Assembly: GCA_030833725.1 (NCBI GenBank)
Contig: JAURGP010000005.1
Coordinates: 298-64,297, forward strand
Direction: 5' to 3'
Source of the DNA: Candidatus Kapaibacterium sp.
GTDB lineage: Bacteria; Bacteroidota; Ignavibacteria; Kapaibacteriales; Kapaibacteriaceae
Length of the DNA stretch: 64,000 bases
A program made the translations under genes and the position numbers. The first letter of the stretch is position 1. Every line of letters begins with the position of its first letter. The notes below the pieces were generated by a model. That model ran no database searches. It worked only from the letters and a program-made list of their open reading frames with translations, and was not told the origin of the DNA. Below are positions 47,041 through 55,963 of this stretch, in pieces.

Positions 47041-49017
47041 TTGGTGCAGCACCTGCACGCCCATAGCATCCCCGACGTGAGCGTTCTGATTGTGAACTAC
47101 AACGTCAAGGACTACCTTCAGCAGTGTCTGCGGTCGGTGCAGGGGGCTCGCGATGGACTTAACGTCCAGATTGTGGTCGTTGACAATGCATCAAGCGATG
47201 CTACCATGGATGAGCTGCCTGAACTGTTTCCGGACGTGGTATGGGTGGCATCGCAGGAAAACCTGGGCTTCGGTCGTGGAAACAACGTAGGCCTGTCACA
47301 CTGTACTGGCCGGTACGTACTCTTTCTGAATCCTGACACGATTATGCAGCCGGATACGCTGCGAACGATGGTGTCCTACCTCGATGCACATCCAGAGGTG
47401 GGGTTGGCCGGATGTACGGTGTACAATCCGGATGGAACCTTTCAGCTGGCATGTCGGCGCGGATTCCCAAGTCCCTGGGCGAGCTTTACAAAGCTGTTTG
47501 GACTGCAGGCACTGTTTCCGCAGTCACGCTGGTTTGCCCAGTACAACATGACCTACCTGCCAGTGGAGGCTACCTACGATGTTGATGCGCTGATTGGCGC
47601 CTTCATGATGGGGCCGCGTTCGTTGATTGAACAGGTAGGCGGATTCGATCCGGCGTTCTTCATGTATGGCGAGGACCTCGATCTGTGTTACAGGATCCAG
47701 AAGCTAGGACGGTCGATACGGTACGTGCACACGACCAGCATTGTCCACTTCAAAGGGGAGAGTACCCGGAGGTCGTCGATGGACGATGTAGCAGTGTTCT
47801 ACGATGCTATGAAGATCTTCGCCCGGAAGCACTACGGACGATCTGCACCGTTTCTGCTGCTGCTCAACGTGGGGATCGTGGTGCGCTCTGTGGTGGAGAA
47901 GATGCTGCGGCGCCGTCGAGAGCTGCTGATGCTTGGGCTTGATGGTGTGTCTCTGCTGCTTGCCTTGCTGCTGGCAACCTCCGTTCGGTTCGACGGGCCG
48001 TTTGGATTTCCCGACTACGCCTATCCTCTCGTATTGATCGTCGTGCCGCTGGTGGCACTCGTCAGTTTGATTTCCGTTGGGGAGTATGTCGAGTACCGCC
48101 CTACAATCCGTCGCAGCTTGGTAGGCTTGTTGGTATCGTTCTTTGTGCTATCGTCGTTGACCTACTTCTTTAAGGAGTACGCATTCAGCCGCGGTGTGGT
48201 GTTGATGACGATCGGTATCAGTGCCGTGCTGCTGTCGATCGTGCGCGGTGTTGCTGCACTGCTGGATGCACGGGGGGGCACGTCCAAGATCCGCACGGTG
48301 GTCGTCGTAGGCCTCACGCCGGCAGCAGCGTCCATCATCGAAGCCCTGCGAACCTCGGAGTACCGAACCACGAGCATCGCCGGCGCGGTCGCGACGAATA
48401 CACTGGCACAGACCCAGTTTGCTGGTGTTCCGGTGATTGGAACGGCCGACTACCTCGAGACGATCATTGGCGACACGCACGCTGAAGAAGTCATCATTGC
48501 TGACTCTGCATTTGATCCGTCCATTATTGTCCGGATGATGAAGCGCTCGGGCTTGCACCGGGTGCGATACCACTTTGCAGAGGCCTACGACGACGTCATC
48601 ATGGCGCGCCTTGTGCAGGATGTGGCTGGCGTTGAACCTACGGTGCAGGTCTCTCCTCTGCTCCGGTTCCGGAACCGATGGATCAAACGGGCTATAGATG
48701 TTATGGTGGCACTCCCTACGCTGTTGGTTCTAGGGATACAGGTATTTTTGGGGCGGCGCAACGCACGTCCTAGATTCCATGCATGGATGGAAGTCCTACG
48801 TGGAACGAGGAGTGTGGTTGGTTTGTACAATGACGGTCGCAGGCGTGTGGCGGGAAAGCCCGGGATAACGAGTCTAGTGGACGTTGGCTCTGGTACGGTC
48901 GTGGTGTCGCAAGCTGCTGCCGAACACATCAATGATTACTACGTTGCGCAGTACTCGGTAGCTCTGGACATTGAAATCATGTTGAAGTATCTGGTAGGCC
49001 ATCGTGGCATCAAATAG
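47041..49017 (+). CDS. GT2 glycosyltransferase fused to TM, Rossmann-like and degenerate sugar-transferase (PGT-like) domains
   Basis: [38 protein letters not shown]; C-terminal KRAID, VLRG..SVVG, KPGIT, LDIEI. Confidence 0.88.
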   Translation: MVQHLHAHSIPDVSVLIVNYNVKDYLQQCLRSVQGARDGLNVQIVVVDNASSDATMDELPELFPDVVWVASQENLGFGRGNNVGLSHCTGRYVLFLNPDTIMQPDTLRTMVSYLDAHPEVGLAGCTVYNPDGTFQLACRRGFPSPWASFTKLFGLQALFPQSRWFAQYNMTYLPVEATYDVDALIGAFMMGPRSLIEQVGGFDPAFFMYGEDLDLCYRIQKLGRSIRYVHTTSIVHFKGESTRRSSMDDVAVFYDAMKIFARKHYGRSAPFLLLLNVGIVVRSVVEKMLRRRRELLMLGLDGVSLLLALLLATSVRFDGPFGFPDYAYPLVLIVVPLVALVSLISVGEYVEYRPTIRRSLVGLLVSFFVLSSLTYFFKEYAFSRGVVLMTIGISAVLLSIVRGVAALLDARGGTSKIRTVVVVGLTPAAASIIEALRTSEYRTTSIAGAVATNTLAQTQFAGVPVIGTADYLETIIGDTHAEEVIIADSAFDPSIIVRMMKRSGLHRVRYHFAEAYDDVIMARLVQDVAGVEPTVQVSPLLRFRNRWIKRAIDVMVALPTLLVLGIQVFLGRRNARPRFHAWMEVLRGTRSVVGLYNDGRRRVAGKPGITSLVDVGSGTVVVSQAAAEHINDYYVAQYSVALDIEIMLKYLVGHRGIK

Positions 49018-49963
49018 CGTGACCCTCGACTTCGAAAAGCCGATTGTGGAGCTTGAGAATAAGATTCTCGAGATGAAGGGACTATCCGACACTCTAGACA
49101 TCCAACCTCAGATTGAAGAACTCGAGGGCAAGGTAGAGGAACTGCGTTCGAGGATCTATTCCGAACTCACGCGCTGGCAGCGCGTGCAGATTGCTCGCCA
49201 TCCGGACCGTCCGTACACGCTGGATTACGTAACACAATGTTTCGACGAGTTCATCGAGTGGCATGGTGATCGCGCGTTTGGTGACGATCCTGCCATCGTT
49301 GGTGGCACGGCCCTGCTCGATGGCACCTCGGTGATGGTCATTGGCCATCAAAAGGGGCGAGATACCAAGTCGAACCTGTATCGCAACTTCGGCATGCCCA
49401 ATCCGGAGGGATATCGCAAGGCATACCGACTCATGTCTACTGCCGAACGCTTCGGGATGCCAGTGATCTGCTTTCTCGATACACCGGGGGCCTTCCCTGG
49501 TATCGAGGCGGAGGAACGTGGCCAAGCCGAGGCCATCGCACGAAATCTCGTGTTGATGGCTCGCCTGCGCGTTCCCGTGGTGATCGTCATCATCGGGGAG
49601 GGGGCTTCTGGCGGTGCCCTTGGCATCGGCGTGGGCAACAGAATCCTGATGCTGGAGAATAGCTGGTACAGTGTGATCGCTCCGGAATCCTGCTCCTCAA
49701 TCCTATGGCGCAGCTGGGAGTACAAGGAACAAGCTGCCGAGGCCCTGCGTTTGACAGCATCCGACCTGGTAGAGGTTGGAATCGTCGATCGGATTCTACG
49801 GGAGCCTGTTGGTGGTGCGCACCGTGCCCCAGAAGACATGTTTTCGACAGTCAAGCAGGCACTTGTTGAGGAGCTCTCGGTACTTGGTCAACTTTCTCCG
49901 ACCGAACTTGTGCAACGCCGACGCGAGAAATTCTACGCCATGGGTGTATGGACCGAATCGTGA
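49004..49963 (+). CDS. accA: Acetyl-CoA carboxylase carboxyltransferase alpha subunit
   Basis: [49 protein letters not shown]. Confidence 0.97.
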   Translation: MASNSVTLDFEKPIVELENKILEMKGLSDTLDIQPQIEELEGKVEELRSRIYSELTRWQRVQIARHPDRPYTLDYVTQCFDEFIEWHGDRAFGDDPAIVGGTALLDGTSVMVIGHQKGRDTKSNLYRNFGMPNPEGYRKAYRLMSTAERFGMPVICFLDTPGAFPGIEAEERGQAEAIARNLVLMARLRVPVVIVIIGEGASGGALGIGVGNRILMLENSWYSVIAPESCSSILWRSWEYKEQAAEALRLTASDLVEVGIVDRILREPVGGAHRAPEDMFSTVKQALVEELSVLGQLSPTELVQRRREKFYAMGVWTES

Positions 49964-50685
49964 CACGCCCCCTGCGTGACGCGATCGTGCAGTTGGGATG
50001 GGCCTCAACCGACATTTCCCGCGAGTACATCCACGGCGGCGTAGTTGCGGTGAATGACGTTGTTATTCGATCAGAACTGCACCCTGTTGACGTTCAACGC
50101 GACGAGATCACCCTGATGGGTATATGCTTGTCGGTGCCCCGGCAACGCTCGGCTGTCCATGGGCTGCCTGCGTGGTTTCTTCTTCACGATCATGACGCAT
50201 TTGGTACCGGGGTCTATCTGGCTACCGCCACGGAAGACAATCCAACCGTGTGGCACCCTATCGACCTGCCGCTGACCCACGACTACCTCGCTCGGTTCGA
50301 TCGTGACCTCATCGAGGACGACATTCGAGCGCTGCAGCAGGAGCTCTCACACAGGGCCTTGATCGAAGCTAGGGATGTGACCGTCATCAAGGGCTTCGAT
50401 GGCGTCACAGGTCGCTATCTGTTGCCAAACGCGCGCTATACTCTCGGTGATCTCCGGGATGGGGCACGTGCCGTTGGTTTGGTACTCCAAGGTGCCGCCA
50501 GCCTGCGATGTGGACCATACACGGCTACGGCACTACCGCCAGCATCCTGGAGGCGACTGCTACCCCATGAAGTCGAAGCAATCGTTGCCATGGCTCACTA
50601 CGGACTGCCAGAAACAACGCCTGTGGAGGACGTGTGGCAGTCGATGCGAAACCACGATCGAGGCCAACCTTACGAAACCGGTTGA
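49960..50685 (+). CDS. S4-domain protein, divergent RsuA/RluB pseudouridine-synthase-like
   Basis: S4-like start (LGWAS...[10 protein letters not shown]...DEITLMG), TGVYLAT, C-terminal RCGPY...[14 protein letters not shown]; GTGA-coupled to accA. Confidence 0.6.
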   Translation: MTRPLRDAIVQLGWASTDISREYIHGGVVAVNDVVIRSELHPVDVQRDEITLMGICLSVPRQRSAVHGLPAWFLLHDHDAFGTGVYLATATEDNPTVWHPIDLPLTHDYLARFDRDLIEDDIRALQQELSHRALIEARDVTVIKGFDGVTGRYLLPNARYTLGDLRDGARAVGLVLQGAASLRCGPYTATALPPASWRRLLPHEVEAIVAMAHYGLPETTPVEDVWQSMRNHDRGQPYETG

Positions 50686-52439
50686 CGATACTGCAGCTGG
50701 TGCAGCGTATGATACAGACCACCGTGGGCGAGTAACTCCTGATGCGTGCCATGCTCCGCCACACGACCATGATGCAGCACGATAATCCGATCGGCTCGCT
50801 GAATCGTGGAGAGGCGATGGGCAATCACGATACTCGTTCTGCCGGAGAGTAAGGTAGAGATCGAGCGTTCAATCAAGAGCTCCGTTTCGGTGTCGATGTT
50901 CGCCGTGGCCTCGTCAAGGATGAGAATATCTGGATTGCCAACAAGGGCGCGGCAGAACGAGATGAGTTGCTTCTGTCCGGTACTCAGCACGGCACCACGC
51001 TCACGAACCTGCGTTTGGTAACCGTTGGGCAACTTCATGATGAAGTCATGGGCACCCAGGGCTACAGCTGCGTCGACAACATCCTGATGGGTGATGCCCG
51101 GTCGGCCCAAGGTGATGTTCTCTTCGATCGAGCGCGAAAAGAGAAAGACGTCCTGCAATACCATTGCCATCCGAGCACGGATGGTGTCCTGCTGGTACGA
51201 ACGAATGTCACGTCCATTGACGAGAACCTCTCCCTGCTGGTAGTCGTAGAAGCGCCCAAGCACGTTGATGATGGAGCTCTTTCCGGCTCCTGTTGCACCA
51301 ACCAGTGCGATGGTCTGTCCCTTTTCGACCTGAAAGGAGACGCCCTGTAGGACGGGTTGCTGGCCGTCGTAGGAGAAGTGAACGTCGCGGAACTCGATGG
51401 AAGAGGAGACACCGGGAAACGGCGTAGCTCCGGGTAGGTCGTCGATGGTCTGCTTCGTGTCGAGGAGTCGGAAGATGCGCTGCGAAGCCACAGCACTGGA
51501 CTGCAGTGTATTGTACTTCTCGGTGAGGTCACGTACGGGACGGAAGAACATTTCCGTGAATTGAGCAAAAGCAATGAGCATGCCCACGGTCATCGTGCCA
51601 CTGCCTATAGAGTTTGCTGTGAACCATAGGATGATCGACAGGGCAATGGCGCTTAAGAACTCCACCACCGGAAAGAACGTAGCATAGTAGAAAATGGAGC
51701 GGTCTTGAAGGAGCTGATGCTCGTGGTTGATGGCGGCAAACTGCGTCTGCATGCGCTTCTGCTGCGTAAAGAGCTGCACGATGCTGATGCCCGAGACAAA
51801 CTCATTCATGAAGGCATTCATGGCTGCCACCTGCTTACGAATCTCGTTGTAGACCAGGCGAACCTTCGCTCGAAACACGAAGGAGGCGATCAGCAACAGT
51901 GGCAGGATCGTAATCGTGAGCAATGTAAGATGCACGGATGTCTGCATCATGAAGAACAGAATCCAGAAGATGATCATGATGTCGGAGATCATCATCACTA
52001 CACCGGAGGAAAACAGCTCATTGAGCACCTCAACGTCGTTGGTCACGCGGGTGATTATGCGTCCCACTGGGGTGGTGTCGTAGTATCGCAGTGCCAGCCG
52101 CTGGACGTGGTCGTAGAGTCGGGATCGGATGGACAGAAGTACGCGCTGACCAATCCACTCCATGAGATATGACAACCCATACTGGAGAGCCCCCTGCAGC
52201 AACAAGAAGCCAACAATCAGGGCTACGTACTGCCATAACCCGTCCAGATCTCCCGTAACGATGTGATCGTCGATGGCAATGCGGGTGAGATACGGACGCA
52301 ATGGCCCAAGGGCTGACGAGGATAGAGTGAGCACAATGGCAACGGCCAGATGCCAACGGTAGGGTGCCAAGAACGCTAGCAGGCGCCTCATTAATCCATA
52401 GTTGACAGAGGACTGGACGTCGTCGGTAGAGGTGGTCAT
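50670..52439 (-). CDS. ABC transporter, fused permease/ATPase (MdlB/MsbA-like exporter)
   Basis: TM domain, GATGAGKS, LSTGQKQ, ILDEAT, IAHRLST. Confidence 0.95.
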   Translation of the reverse strand: MTTSTDDVQSSVNYGLMRRLLAFLAPYRWHLAVAIVLTLSSSALGPLRPYLTRIAIDDHIVTGDLDGLWQYVALIVGFLLLQGALQYGLSYLMEWIGQRVLLSIRSRLYDHVQRLALRYYDTTPVGRIITRVTNDVEVLNELFSSGVVMMISDIMIIFWILFFMMQTSVHLTLLTITILPLLLIASFVFRAKVRLVYNEIRKQVAAMNAFMNEFVSGISIVQLFTQQKRMQTQFAAINHEHQLLQDRSIFYYATFFPVVEFLSAIALSIILWFTANSIGSGTMTVGMLIAFAQFTEMFFRPVRDLTEKYNTLQSSAVASQRIFRLLDTKQTIDDLPGATPFPGVSSSIEFRDVHFSYDGQQPVLQGVSFQVEKGQTIALVGATGAGKSSIINVLGRFYDYQQGEVLVNGRDIRSYQQDTIRARMAMVLQDVFLFSRSIEENITLGRPGITHQDVVDAAVALGAHDFIMKLPNGYQTQVRERGAVLSTGQKQLISFCRALVGNPDILILDEATANIDTETELLIERSISTLLSGRTSIVIAHRLSTIQRADRIIVLHHGRVAEHGTHQELLAHGGLYHTLHQLQYRQPVS

Positions 52440-52443
52440 GGCA

Positions 52444-52501
52444 CAAAGATACGGCACGGCCGAAGGGTGGAATGCCCGCACTCTAGATCGCAGTATTTTC
52501 G
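52444..52501. promoter_or_regulatory. Divergent -7 boxes TATCTTTG (minus, 52444-52451) and TATTTTCG (plus, 52494-52501)
   Basis: Each lies 4 nt before an ATG (52439 minus, 52506 plus). Confidence 0.65.
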
Positions 52502-52505
52502 CAGG

Positions 52506-53915
52506 ATGATTCGTATCACACCGTTTGGAGCTGCCGGAGAAGTGACCGGCTCTGCTACCCTTGTTGAAACACCGAGCGCTCGTTTGGTGGTAGATCTCGG
52601 TATGTTTCAAGGCGACAAGGACGACGATGCCCGCAACGTGATCCCCGGACCGATCCATCGAGAATCCATCGACGCCGTGCTGCTAACCCACGGACACCTC
52701 GATCATTGTGGTCGCCTTCCGCTGTTTGTGCGGGACGGCTTTGAAGGGCCCATCTTCACCACGCCGGCAACACGTGACGTGGCAGAGATTATTCTAATGG
52801 ACTCTGCCAATATACAAGAGTCGGATTACCGCCGTCGGCAACGCTATGCCCAGCGGAAGGGTCGCAAGCTGAGCCGCCTGGACGCCCCTCTGTACGACCA
52901 GGACGACGTCGAACAGACGATTCGACAGATGGAGGTGGTAGACTATGATGTGGTCGTGGACGTGGCCCCCGGTGTGTCTGCCACGTTCCACGAAGCAGGA
53001 CACATCTTGGGATCGGCATCCATTTCTCTGCAGATCCACCACAACGGCCAAGACCGCACGGTGGTCTTCAGTGGAGACGTCGGGCCGCGCAACATGCCGT
53101 ACCTGAAGGATCCGGAATCTCCATCGAAGGCAGACATTGTGGTATTGGAGTCGACGTATGGTGATCGCGACCATCGTTCCATCGATGCAACGGTCGAAGA
53201 GTTTACGTCCATCATCCAGTCCGCGATCGCCCAAAAAGGCAAAATCTTCATTCCTTCTTTTGCCATAGGCAGAACACAAAACGTACTGTACTACCTGGCC
53301 GAGATGATTCGCCATGGGCGCATTCCGCGGGTTCCTATCTTCCTGGACAGCCCCATGGCCATCAAGGCATCGCAGTTGTACACCGAGTACGCGGAGCTGT
53401 TCGACGAAGAGGGAAGTGAGTTGGTGGCCGATGGTCAGTTGGCCAGCGATCTTCGCACGTTGCGGTTATCGTCCTCGGCTGAGCAGTCTCGCTCGATCAA
53501 CGACTATCGCGGTCCGTTCATCGTGGTTGCGGGGTCGGGCATGTGCACCGCAGGCCGCATCGTACATCACCTGCGTAACAACATTGCCAATCCCCACGCC
53601 CACATCGTGATTGTTGGCTACCAAGCACGTGGATCCCTGGGACGGGCCTTGGTGGATGGTGCCACGCACGTGTCGGTCATGGGGTCGTGGTATCCCGTAC
53701 AGGCACAGGTTCACACCCTTGGTGGATTTAGCGCACATGCCGGCCAGTCGCAATTGGTTGATTGGTTGCGTCCGATGGTGCACGGTCATCAGCCACAGGT
53801 CGTGCTGCTACACGGAGAAGAAGATCCGCGTCAGCTGCTGGCAGAGCGCATTCACGAAGAGTTTAGTATCACTCCACGACGGCCACGCTACGGCGAATCG
53901 CTGAGTTTCGCCTAG
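52506..53915 (+). CDS. MBL-fold beta-CASP ribonuclease (YSH1-like)
   Basis: GAAGEVTGS, THGHLDHCG, AGHILGS, FSGD, ESTYGDR, SGMCTAGR, FSAHA, HGE. Confidence 0.93.
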   Translation: MIRITPFGAAGEVTGSATLVETPSARLVVDLGMFQGDKDDDARNVIPGPIHRESIDAVLLTHGHLDHCGRLPLFVRDGFEGPIFTTPATRDVAEIILMDSANIQESDYRRRQRYAQRKGRKLSRLDAPLYDQDDVEQTIRQMEVVDYDVVVDVAPGVSATFHEAGHILGSASISLQIHHNGQDRTVVFSGDVGPRNMPYLKDPESPSKADIVVLESTYGDRDHRSIDATVEEFTSIIQSAIAQKGKIFIPSFAIGRTQNVLYYLAEMIRHGRIPRVPIFLDSPMAIKASQLYTEYAELFDEEGSELVADGQLASDLRTLRLSSSAEQSRSINDYRGPFIVVAGSGMCTAGRIVHHLRNNIANPHAHIVIVGYQARGSLGRALVDGATHVSVMGSWYPVQAQVHTLGGFSAHAGQSQLVDWLRPMVHGHQPQVVLLHGEEDPRQLLAERIHEEFSITPRRPRYGESLSFA

Positions 53916-53957
53916 CTCGTTTCCTCCCAGTGTAACCACGTTCAACAGCAGGCAGAT

Positions 53958-55358
53958 ATGACAACTCGGATGGAGCATGATTTTCTCGGTGATCGGGAAA
54001 TCTCCGATGACGCGTACTACGGTGTTCAGACCGTACGGGCGATAGACAACTTTCCGATCACCGGAATCCCGATCGGGCACTTGACCTCGTTCATCAAAGC
54101 CTTCGGCTACGTGAAGAAGGCGGCGGCGCTGGCCAACCGGGATCTTGGTGTGCTGGAGGTCGAGAAAGCCGAGGCCATCATCGCAGCCTGCGATGCCGTG
54201 ATCGCCGGTGAGCTGAGCGATCAGTTCCCGGTAGACGTTGTGCAGGGTGGTGCTGGTACATCCACCAACATGAATGTCAACGAGGTGATTGCTAATAAGG
54301 CCCTTGAGCTTCTTGGTCTGCCGAAGGGGCGCTATGACGTGATTCACCCGAATAACCACGTCAATCTGTCGCAGAGCACGAACGACGTCTATCCAACGGC
54401 CCTGCGCCTAGCGGTGTGGTATGAACTGCAGTTTCTTGTCGAGTCTCTCCAGCACCTGCGAGATGCTTTTACGGCCAAAGGAGCGGAGTTTGCATCGGTC
54501 TTGAAGATGGGGCGTACCCAACTGCAGGACGCCGTGCCGATGACGCTCGGGATGGAGTTCGATGCCTTTGCGGTGAACATCTATCGCGATGTGGAGCGCC
54601 TGCAGGGGGCTCGGCTGCATGTGCTGGAGGTAAACCTTGGGGCCACAGCCATAGGGACGAGCATCAATGCACCCCATGGCTATCCCGAGTTGGCAACGTC
54701 CTACCTTGCCCGCATCACCGGTGTTGACGTCTACCTGGCGACGGACCTCATTGAAGCGACGTGGGACACCGGACCGCTCGTCGAGATTTCGGGTCTTCTG
54801 AAGCGTGTGGCCGTCAAGCTTTCCAAGATCTGCAACGACCTGCGCCTGTTGTCGTCTGGCCCGCGAACCGGTTTCAATGAAATCAACCTTCCAGCACGCC
54901 AGCCAGGGTCGAGTATCATGCCAGGGAAGGTCAACCCCGTGATTCCGGAAGTGGTCAACCAGGTGTGCTTCCGCGTGATTGGAAACGACACGACGATCTC
55001 CTTTGCTGCCGAAGCCGGTCAGCTTCAGCTGAACGTTATGGAGCCCATCATGGCCTTTTGTCTGTTCCAGAGCATGTCGATGCTGACGAACGGAACGCGT
55101 GTGCTTCGCGAGTTGTGTGTGGAGGGCATCACCGCCAACAGCGAGCACGCTCAGCAGCTCGTGTTGCGCTCGATCGGTATCGTTACGGCCTTGAACCCGC
55201 TGTTGGGATACGAGGAGTGTGCATCGATCGCCAAGGAAGCATTCGAGACAGGTGCAAACATCGTAGACATCGTACGGCGAAAGGGGCTTCTACCGGAGGA
55301 AAAACTCAACGAGATCTTCAGCATCGACAACCTCATGAATCCACAGTACATCCGGTAA
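53958..55358 (+). CDS. aspA: Aspartate ammonia-lyase
   Basis: YYGVQT, QGGAGTSTNMNVNEVIAN, QSTND, GRTQLQDAVP, GSSIMPGKVNPVIPE. Confidence 0.95.
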   Translation: MTTRMEHDFLGDREISDDAYYGVQTVRAIDNFPITGIPIGHLTSFIKAFGYVKKAAALANRDLGVLEVEKAEAIIAACDAVIAGELSDQFPVDVVQGGAGTSTNMNVNEVIANKALELLGLPKGRYDVIHPNNHVNLSQSTNDVYPTALRLAVWYELQFLVESLQHLRDAFTAKGAEFASVLKMGRTQLQDAVPMTLGMEFDAFAVNIYRDVERLQGARLHVLEVNLGATAIGTSINAPHGYPELATSYLARITGVDVYLATDLIEATWDTGPLVEISGLLKRVAVKLSKICNDLRLLSSGPRTGFNEINLPARQPGSSIMPGKVNPVIPEVVNQVCFRVIGNDTTISFAAEAGQLQLNVMEPIMAFCLFQSMSMLTNGTRVLRELCVEGITANSEHAQQLVLRSIGIVTALNPLLGYEECASIAKEAFETGANIVDIVRRKGLLPEEKLNEIFSIDNLMNPQYIR

Positions 55359-55364
55359 AGCAGT

Positions 55365-55806
55365 ATGCAACGTCATATCCTGTTAGCACTCCTCTGTAGC
55401 GGTCTGATGTCGCACGCCTGTGCTCCCGACTCCGCATAGTTGCCAGAGGCCCCCTTCCATCGGGTGTTGCGGCGGGACTGTTGAATCGTCGGCCCGATGT
55501 TCTTCAGGCGGAACAGGAGGTGGTGAACCTTCGATTGCTGATGTCAACGATGCGTGGACGCAGTTGACCACGGGTAGGGAACGGCTAGCGGCTGAGCGCA
55601 GAACAGTGGAAGCGAATCGCCAGGTACTGCGGCTGTCAGAGCTTCGGTATCGGTACGGTACGGCGCCGTATCTCCAGGTGCTGGATGCACAGCGTTCGCT
55701 GCTAGAGGCACAACAGTCAGAAATAGAAGCGGCCTACGCTGCTGCGGAGGCCGATGTACTTCTGTACCGCGCCATGGGTGGTGGATGGGGCGGTAGTTGG
55801 GAGTGA
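55365..55806 (+). pseudogene. Collapsed OprM/NodT-family RND outer-membrane lipoprotein gene (three fragments in three frames)
   Basis: 55365-55439 MQRHILLALLCSGLMSHAC (lipoprotein signal); 55454-55525 LPSGVAAGLLNRRPDVLQAEQ; about 55530-55806 RYRYGTAPYLQVLDAQRSL...LYRAMGGGW. Confidence 0.85.
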
Positions 55807-55877
55807 TTCCGCTGGGACTCGAACCCAGGACCCTTTGATTAAAAGTCAAATGCTCTAGCCGGCTGAGCTACGGAATC
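55804..55877 (-). tRNA. tRNA-Lys (anticodon UUU), CCA not encoded
   Basis: GATTCCG TA GCTC AGCCGGCTA GAGC A TTTGA CTTTTAA TCAAA GGGTC CTGGG TTCGAGT CCCAG CGGAATC A; full cloverleaf. Confidence 0.97.
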
Positions 55878-55886
55878 GAACAGCTA

Positions 55887-55894
55887 CAAACGTA
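55887..55894 (-). promoter_or_regulatory. -7 promoter box TACGTTTG for tRNA-Lys
   Basis: Exact TAnnTTTG, 9 nt upstream of tRNA position 1. Confidence 0.7.
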
Positions 55895-55963
55895 CGAAAA
55901 GTCTGTGACATCACATCGTGCTGTGTGCCGGTGTTGTCTGCCGGTGTTGACGAACTGCGACGA

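Noticed and set aside
52506-53915. beta-CASP nuclease as an anti-phage defence gene
   Set aside because: It is a typical stand-alone YSH1-like RNase with no defence-associated neighbours.
53925-53939. 12/15 match (TCCCAGTGTAACCAC) to the tRNA-Lys 3' end upstream of aspA, as a possible att site
   Set aside because: It is inverted relative to the tRNA, whereas att duplications are direct repeats; it is also short and imperfect, so chance is plausible.
55420-55806. 128-aa ORF as an intact small protein
   Set aside because: Only its last 90 or so residues resemble OprM/NodT; the upstream motifs lie in other frames, so it is a pseudogene fragment.
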